The notes below the pieces were generated by a model. That model saw only the letters and a list, made by a program, of their open reading frames with translations, made no database searches and was not told where the DNA came from. The translations under genes were made by a program, and so were the position numbers. This document shows positions 55,990 to 64,000 of a stretch of DNA of 64,000 nucleotides, piece by piece. Position 1 is the first letter of the stretch. The number at the start of each line of letters is the position of its first letter. Origin of the DNA: Dicyema japonicum (taxonomy: Eukaryota > Animalia > Dicyemida); contig RDEW01000014.1 in the NCBI GenBank assembly GCA_011109175.1, positions 558,001-622,000 on the forward strand, read 5' to 3'.

Positions 55990-56108
55990 TTTCGAAAGAC
56001 AATCAGTGGACGTAATTGAAAGGATATCAAAACTGAATAAAGAAATCAGAATTTCGAGACAATCAGTGGACGTAATTGAAAGGATATCAAACTGAACAAA
56101 GAAATCAC
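55990..56108. repeat. About 60-bp tandem duplication inside the LINE
   Basis: GACAATCAGTGGACGTAATTGAAAGGATATCAAA occurs twice in tandem. Confidence 0.9.
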
Positions 56109-57069
56109 GCGGAACATCACAAAACACAACAAAGAACGTTGGAAGCCTAGCTCAGAAAAGCTACGAAACATTACTTCTCTTCCCCATTGTATTATGGAAA
56201 TCGATAAGGAGGCTCAAGAAGTGCTCTCCACATTTAATTGGACATCGAGAGCTATTTCAAATCTCAATGACATTATGAAGTACCATGTGAATATTAGTTA
56301 TAAATAAACCATATTCAAAAGACCTGGATGTTTGTTCTGGCAATGGTCGAAGGAATAAATGTCCCCACATGACTTTCTTCGACCCTTCAATGGTGCACTC
56401 AGTAATCAGGAAAATGAATAACTCTTCGTCCCGCGGTTCAGATGACATCTCCATTCTAGAACTGAAACACCTGGGTCCTTCCGCGACGGCCGCAATAACA
56501 CAAATTTTCAATTTCTCAATAAACGAAAACAATATTCCGTCAATATGGAAGAAATCTCTGATACACCCTATCCTGAAGAAAAACAAACCACCAAACTGCC
56601 CGTCCTCCTACCGCCCGGTATCCATCATCTGCGCCTTATCACGAGTGTTAGAAAAACTGGTCCTTCTCAAGATCCGTCCTTTCATAACTCTACTATCTTT
56701 TCTACACGGATTCCGAGAAGAACACTCAACAACAACTCATTTAACAAAACTGGTTCAATTCATCTCGATGCCCTGAATACCTCAAATCCACACGAGAGAA
56801 CCATGCTGGTCTCAATGGATGTAGAGAAGGCCTTTGACTCAGTATCCCGGAAGATCCTTACAGCAAAAATTTTTACGACGTCGATCCACCCTAAATTCAA
56901 ATCATGGTTGGTTAACTTAATGGGCCAAGTGGTGGCAAACAACAAAAAAATCAACACCGCGATACCTTCCAAATGGAGTTCCACAAGGATCACCGTTATT
57001 ACCATTGCTCTCTAACATGCTCCTAATGAAAGTGGTCAGATGTTTACACCTACATCTTTGCCGTCAATA

Positions 57070-57230
57070 TGGAATAAAAGAAACTAAGAAACTGAAGACT
57101 TATTCTGCACAATCTGTTATCGCACTGAATTTGCGAGATTCGTGTAGATACGACGATCAGTACGGATACGGGTGCAACGAATAACAAACCCGATATTTTC
57201 GTTTATGATAAGACAAAAAATACGAATTTT
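57070..57230 (+). mobile_element. R4-like endonuclease fragment
   Basis: EIRVDTTI...NNKPDIFVYDK, close to 4268-4702. Confidence 0.75.
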
Positions 57231-57685
57231 TAGTAATCAGGCGGCAACATTTAAATCTCTTCCTCGAAATAATGAAGATGCAAGAAAATAAGATAATTTC
57301 CTATACAATTCAAGCATTTTTATTAACACAAAAAAGGTCATACAAACGTCCGCCCTGACTGCGTGCCTATTCCCTCTCAGAGGACGAGCAAAATTCGCTC
57401 AAATAAAGCAGCAGAGCTCACGAGGATCTCTTGTTCGTGCATAAATCTGACTCCTTAGACGATTCATGAATTCCAGTGTCGCAGGCGCAAGGGAACCAAA
57501 CATTTCAACCACGAGTGGGGCAAACAAAAAATCCTCCGGTAGGACTGCGTACTTGGACCGTTTCCTAAATTGTTCAATATTATATTATTAACTATGGTAA
57601 CTCAAGTCAACATAAAAATTGTGTGGATCTAATTTCTAAATTTTATTAATTTAAAAAATTAAATAATTTCGAAAAACAAAGTCAC

Positions 57686-58984
57686 ATGTCCGAGAAGTTT
57701 AGATAACTTACACATTCTAGAAAAGTTGAAGACGTGCCGAAAATAATTAGAGATTCTATCCTCCTGGAAAGCAGACTTCCAGAAGGAATTGAAAAACGCT
57801 ACATAGAAGGATATGATTTCAACGATGGAGTCAACTACGAGAAACTAATTGCCTCGTATTCTTCCTTCGGTATTCAATCGTCCAAACTTTCCCAGGCTTT
57901 CGACATTGTTAACAAAATGGTTTCCACCTTAATTTATGGTAGATCGACTGCAAGCTAACAGAGGAACCTCCAAAAGAATACCCTGTCGAAGTTGAGAGGG
58001 AATCAAACTGTTTGATATTTTTGGGTATACCTCAAACATGGTCACGTGTGGTGTCAGAGATGTCATTAGATACCTCTGCCAGCATAATATGGTATTTCTG
58101 CAGGAGACATCCATCAGATTGACTGTTTAGTAACCACTGGTGGGGGAATTGAGGAAGATCTGATAAATGCCTTGGAAGGATGTATCTCGGAGATTTCACA
58201 CTAGATGGGGAGAAACTGAGAGAGTGTGGAGTGAATAGAGCCGGTAGTTGTGTTTTCGCATGTAAAAGGGAACATTTTGATTCCGAATGACAATTATTGT
58301 GCTTTGGAGACTTGGATTATGCCTATTTTTGACCAACTCCTACTGGAACAGCAAAAATATGTAAACATATGGAATAACCCCCAGAATACAAATTGGACTC
58401 CTTCCAAGTTAGTTCGGCGACTAGGAAAGGAGATTAATAACGAAAGTTCCATATATTATTGGGCTTACAAGGAAATTTGTTTTAAATATATTGTAGAACG
58501 ATATCCCGGTTTTCTGTCCCGCTTTGACTGACGGTTCTATTGGGGATATGCTCTTTGTCCACTCTTTTGGCCGTCCTGGACTCAAACTTGACATTGTTGA
58601 AGACGTTCGAAGGATTAATTTACTTTCCATGCGGGCTACCAATACTGGGATGATCATTCTTGGGGGAGGAACGAGCAAACATCACGTTTGTAATGCAAAC
58701 TTGATGGTCTGTTGTTTTGGTGGAGATTTAGAGGAATGGGGCTGATTTCGCTGTTTATATTAACACTGGAATCGAACTTGATGCTAGTGATTCTGGTGCT
58801 TCTCCTGATGAGGCTGTTTCTTGGGGGAAGATTAAATCACAAGGGAGCTCAGTCAAGGTTGAGTTTGATGATCATACGAGGTTAGGTGTGGGCTGAATCC
58901 TCTCTCGTTTTCCCTCTGTTAGTAGCACAGACATTCGCTCGGAGACAGGAAGAATTTTATAAATTTTCAAATTCTCATCATTAG
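57686..58984 (+). CDS. DHPS: Deoxyhypusine synthase
   Basis: Eight introns of 23-28 nt join [75 protein letters not shown]; two indels. Confidence 0.96.
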
Positions 58985-60559
58985 TTTTTTTAATTTTTAT
59001 AGTTTTCCAATTTTTGTTGAAATTAATTGAATGATTTATTAGACGCTATGCTGTCGATTTAATTATTTCGAGCAAAAACAAATACGTGGATATGGCACAA
59101 TCAGAACTTCGATCACACATAAACGCCCTTGAGGTTTGATTGTTTTCGAACCGACTTTCCATATCCACGGAAAAATCTTCATGTGCCATTTTTACAACCG
59201 ATCGAAGAAAAGATGATAAGCTAGAAATCAGTCTTCATGTGACATTATTCCAATGAAAACACATACTGGGAGTGACCCTGGACCCATTACTCTTTCTCCC
59301 AACATGTACAGGACGTTCTTGCGAGGGGCCTCCGGAAACTCAAGTCATCAAAACCTTTCTAAACTCCAGGAGCCGACCATCACAGAAATGTGCTGCCGTC
59401 TTATACTATTAGTTCTTGAAACCGGCGGTGGAGCATGCCTAGGCTTACAAAATTTCAAACTTATACTAGATTAATTCTCTAAAAGCAAAAATGGTCAGCA
59501 TAACTAATTTTTTGTTTTTTTACAGAATACTGAATTTATCGCTTTAAAATCCAAATTTTGGACCATACGAGATTTGTACTAGGAAATCTACTGTATTCGA
59601 CAATTCTGAGTTAAAAACTATTTATATCTGATTAAATCCATAATACGTCTATTAAGTACTTGGGGATAAAGACACACAAAAGACCTACTTCATCAGTTCA
59701 ATAAAGATTGTGAAATTTAAATTAAAAGTTGGAGTCTGAAAATTTTTGTAAAAATCGTGACAGACTGGTTACACCAATTTTAATCTCGATGACAACATTT
59801 CCTTTTGCTTATGGTCGGAACCTGGTTTGGGACATCACGTGTGTTGATACATACTCTCAGAAAATTTGGCCGCTTCAGCCTCGGACCCAAGTCATGCTTC
59901 TAAGCAAGCCGAGGATCTAAGAGAAGGAAGTACCGAAGCATTTCTAGGATCACTTGTTTGTACTATTTGCTGTTGAGCCGTTGACCCACAAGCTGACGAT
60001 CTACTCCGTCGTCAATGATCCAAAGGGTCACCAAGGATCCACGTGAGACTGGATGGTTTCGAGAGCGTATCTCGATAACTATCGTCAGAGGAAACAGCAT
60101 GGCAATTCGAGCTCCCTAAATTAACTGCTCTTTAAGCATTTTTAATAACAATAAACACATATCACCAAAAAAATTGACCTTGAAAGGATGACTTTGAAAT
60201 ATTATCGTTTCACTAATATTCAAGACATCATTGGATAAGGATTATCCATCAAAATTTACTAAATCCATCTGAATGTTCCCACGGGGCTGAAGTGTCAATG
60301 TTCTTCAGTTTCACAAAATGTCTACTAAGGTTATAATGGATTACAACCAGTGTCTTCCTACTTCGAGGTTACATACTCAGGAGACATTGGAAACCGAAGT
60401 TCTGAACAAATGTAGCGTCGATTACAAGCAGGATCCGAGCCTGAAGTTAATCTATCAGAAGCTGTACGTATGAGATAGTTATATCTATATTGCTAACAAG
60501 TCGATCCTAAGAACTAAACATTTGTAGTATTTTTGGCATAAAGCTCTAACCATCTCTAC

Positions 60560-60930
60560 GTCCAGACGACGTCATCGGTAGATTTTTTTTCTTTTCATCC
60601 ACTTTGTCCAGGTGATAAGAATTTGTTGACTTTATTATTGATTCAATGTACGACAATAGAAAGTGTTCTATGTAAGGTCGACAATGAAATAATTGGACTT
60701 AAATTACTTGTAGGGCCTCTAGGTTTTTCAGATTTAGGTAGAAGAATTAGCCAACCTTTACCAACTCCAAGATAACTTTTGTCTTCAAATGCTCTGTTAA
60801 GTATGGGGGTAAGTAATTCAGACAATGCAGTAGGACCAAACTTGACCACCTCGGCAGGGATATTGTCCGCACCAGTGGCTCTCCTACAGTTTACCTTTTC
60901 TGTTGGTTTAACAGTTTCCAAAACACTTAT
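60560..60930 (-). mobile_element. RTE-like RT N-terminal fragment
   Basis: ATGADNIPAEVVK, LILLPKSEKP, NLSPIISL. Confidence 0.8.
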
Positions 60931-60949
60931 ATGACGTTTAAGGAAAAAA

Positions 60950-61490
60950 TAGCCGCGTGGCGCCATGTGGTGCTTCGTGGATAATTGATTGAAGTTTCTG
61001 TTGTTTGTCGTATGTTCCTCCTCTCTCTTCTTATTAGAGTGGTGTCATGTGATCAAAACTGTCTAGGTGGCGCCCGGTGCCAGGCCGGCACGAAAAAAGG
61101 ATCATTTGCTCTCCCCCACTCCACTGGAGGGGTTTCCACAACTGCAACTATGGACATCTTTTACCATTTATGCTGATTCCGGATGGACTCTGTTTCTGTA
61201 GAAGTAATAATAAAGCCTTTTCACGAGAGCCATAGTATTTTATAGCTCTGCATAGGCAGGACACACACTTTATTTAAGTAAAGAACAGTTAATTTTAACT
61301 AATCGTAGAACCAAGGAATGATCTTCACTTCTTTTTTTTCTTTTTCTTGTGTGAGTGTCCTTTCTAGACAATCCAGTTCCGCAGTGAGTATTCACTGATG
61401 ACGGCGTCACTCGTCAAACCAAGTGGAAACTGGATACATTTAATTAGTTGTTTACTTGACTTCTTTCTCGGTGTATCCGGGGTTAATAAA
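60950..61490 (+). mobile_element. LINE family B 3' end interrupted by a SINE fragment (61265-61420, minus)
   Basis: Family B body, then the SINE body and tail, then ETGYI* with the family terminus. Confidence 0.7.
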
Positions 61491-61581
61491 CAATAGTAAT
61501 AAAAATGTTTTAATAATTTAATTTTAGTAAATAAAATTGATTATTTAAAATCGTGTCTTGTGTGGCAATCGGACAATAGAA

Positions 61582-62043
61582 ATGGATTCTGAGAAAGTCA
61601 AGGAAGCGGAAAATATGATGGAAATTATTATTGAGAGTTTCCGTCATGTTGGAATTATGGCTTCTGATTTCAAATTAAAGGCGCAAAACTCGCTGAATGA
61701 AAAAATGTAAAGAAATAGTATTATTTAACAGACAAACCATAATTAATGTACTGAACGATCTAAATGATATTAAAGGAGACTTCGATGTCGCAATTGACTA
61801 TGAAACCTTGGAGTAGAAAGATGTTTCTAGCTTAGATATGTTGATCAAGATTTGAATCCGAGATTATTTGCCATGGATTCCCTAAAGGCTGCCGAGGAAG
61901 AAAATCGGAACGTCAAAGAAGTCATAGTAAATTTTGATGTCCTTTTATTCTTTTATTTTTTAGAAATTTAAACATTCCCTAATAAAAAATTATCGGAAAA
62001 TTTTCCTAATGAAATGTCCCACTATCGTTTTATTCGGGAATAA
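61582..62043 (+). CDS. MED10: Mediator subunit 10
   Basis: Introns 61707-61731, 61813-61835 and 61939-61963 give FRHVGIMASDF..SLNEKI, EYVDQDLNPRLF, KFKHSLI, FPNEMSHYRFIRE*; one base missing in an A run near 61985. Confidence 0.9.
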
Positions 62044-62339
62044 TTTGTACTTTCTTTAATTATATAGTAAATTTTTTGACTTTTTAATCACAAGCCATTA
62101 TGAATAGGTCAGTTACCTAATTTGTAGGAAAGTTTACCTGGAACATTGCTCTATTTTTATCATGAATGAAATTTGTACAACCAGCATTGACCTACGTACG
62201 TAGTGGTCAGTGGCCATTTTCCTCTCCTCTCTGCTGAAATTGTCTGCAATTCAGGAAGCTGCCAAAAGAGTAATTAGTCGCAACTTTGTGCCCACCCATC
62301 TGGAAGCAGTTTTGATTCGACGACAAAAAGAAGATGGTG

Positions 62340-63390
62340 AAAACAGCTCTGCCTAACAACCTCTTTGTGAAGCTATGAACAAATTATTAAAAACCGTGCG
62401 AGATATGAGATAACCATCGACAAAAACTTAAAGGCAAAAAACACAAATAGATGGACGAGACTATCGAAGGCTCTGTGCAAGATGTTTCAATGCAGAGTTC
62501 GCAGAGTAATATCCAAAGCTTACAACTCAGAGGCTAAAGGACCAGAAAACATAACCACATGTGAACTGAAGCACCTATGCAATCGAGCCCTGGACTATTA
62601 GCCTATATCTTCAAACTATCCATCAGCACGAATACAATCCATGAAATATGGAAGAAGTCTCTAATCACCTTATTCGAAAAACTAACCAATAAATGAACCA
62701 TCTTCCTATCGCCCAATATTCCAAGTCCGGTCTCAGGGACCCTTGAAAAGCTTGTTCTGGAAAAAGTACAGGATTCAATCTCAATACCTTCGACCCAGCA
62801 CGAATTCCGGGTAACCATTCGACCACCACAAAAACCCTCACACAATTCACTACGGAAGTCAATTCACTACCCATCTAAGGACAGTACCTATATCCGTGGA
62901 CATCAGGCCTCTAACCCTGGACATCACTGATGCCCGGCGGAGACTGTTTGGACACATCCTGTGTATGGATCTTGCTGTCCTAGCATTTGTGACGATGGAG
63001 GATCACTTCATGTTCTATCATACTGCACAAAGACCTCCAAAAAGTGAGGAAATGCCTAAAGATGGAAGACGATCTGGACGAGCTGAGATCGATTGCGTGT
63101 AACTGTGGAGGATGGAAGGGGCGAACTAATAACATTGATCCTGTGCTGCACGTGCTTTGCTATAACTATTATGGCAAGGCGATGGTGAGGACAGCTACTC
63201 TGCCTAACAACCCCTCTATGAAGCTATGAACAAATTACTTAAAAACCATGCTAAATACGAGATAACCAAACGTCTTTTCTGGAGAAACATCCAAGATCCT
63301 CGTCCACGTCGGATAGGAACTTCTCCTGTGTCGGTCTGGGGTCACTTAGTTGGGAACTTTTTTTTCCTTTAAACCCGGTGATCCTGGGGT
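62340..63390 (+). mobile_element. Nested LINE debris (family A RT and tail with an RTE-like tail at 62880-63140)
   Basis: KGPENIT, WKKSLI, SYRP, RRRLFGHIL, terminal SGVT*. Confidence 0.7.
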
Positions 63391-63589
63391 AATAATAGAT
63401 GAAAGCCATTGTCATTTTTCTAGTGACCATGGACGAAATGATGAACCTAGGAGATATTGGGTTCGAATCTTGATCGACAAAGATTGAAAGAACTTGAAAG
63501 ATCATCTGTCAGAAGCTGCACGTGTATAATGATAGTTAGTATGTAGAGGCACTTACTTTAAGGAACTTGAATTGTCATGTTATCTCTCG

Positions 63590-63830
63590 GACGCTATCGA
63601 GATATGCTCTCGAAGCTATCCAGTCTAACGTGAATCCTTGTTGACACTTTGGATCATTGAACCGATCCGACGGACTAGACCTTCAGCTTGTGGGCCAAGG
63701 ATTCTTGACGTCTCAACAGCAAATGGGACAAACAAGTGATCCTCCGTACTTCTTTCACTTCTGATCTTCAGCTTAGAAGCATGACCTGGGTCCGAGACTG
63801 AAGCCAGCGAGGAGGTAGAAAGATATTGAT
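63590..63830 (-). mobile_element. CRE-like endonuclease fragment
   Basis: FVPFAVETSRILGP. Confidence 0.75.
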
Positions 63831-64000
63831 TTATTATTCGGACAATCATTGAGTACATAAAAACTGTTCTTAAACAAGATGTTATGAAGATAGGTACTCT
63901 TAACAGAACGAGAATTACCCCATTTCTCATGATCGCTAGGCTAATGCTTAAAAACTTTGTCCTTCTAGGTTCACCCCTTTGTGTTCCTCATGCCAGTTGC

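Larger units (their letters stand above)
54800..57015 (+). mobile_element. APE-type LINE family A: Cys/His segment, 2A-like peptide, AP endonuclease, RT N-half
   Basis: LLLSCGDVEENP, LQININGI, GSDLNAQ, SPDISF, SYRPVS, GFREEHST, SMDVEKAFDSV. Confidence 0.88.

Overview
AT-rich eukaryotic genomic DNA, probably from an animal, with very small GT-AG spliceosomal introns (22-40 nt, mostly 23-26; about 35 placed by hand). The introns explain why the ORF track shows only fragments. Recognisable host genes: TRMT11 (-), CCDC174-like (+, 5' part missing), a small MGNCC lipid-anchor protein that may be LAMTOR1-like (+), a polo-like kinase (-), a bMERB-domain protein (+), cytosolic Hsp70 (-), deoxyhypusine synthase (+) and MED10 (+). 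Most of the rest is nested transposon debris: non-LTR retroelements (APE-type families, RTE-like, Jockey/I-like, R4-like and CRE-like with restriction-like endonuclease), a tRNA-derived SINE, and DNA transposons (pogo/Tigger, two hAT types, Merlin, a Ginger-like element). The left 10.5 kb is a tandem array of a 3.2-kb unit. Each unit carries a 1.7-kb cassette bounded by inverted repeats and holding two divergently oriented, paralogous, spliced orphan genes; this is the most novel-looking structure here. Single-base indels in homopolymers break nearly every conserved gene, which points to an unpolished long-read assembly, so frameshifts are not treated as proof of pseudogenes. No rRNA, intact tRNA or CRISPR array was seen. 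Family names come from motif recognition by eye; no database search was run.
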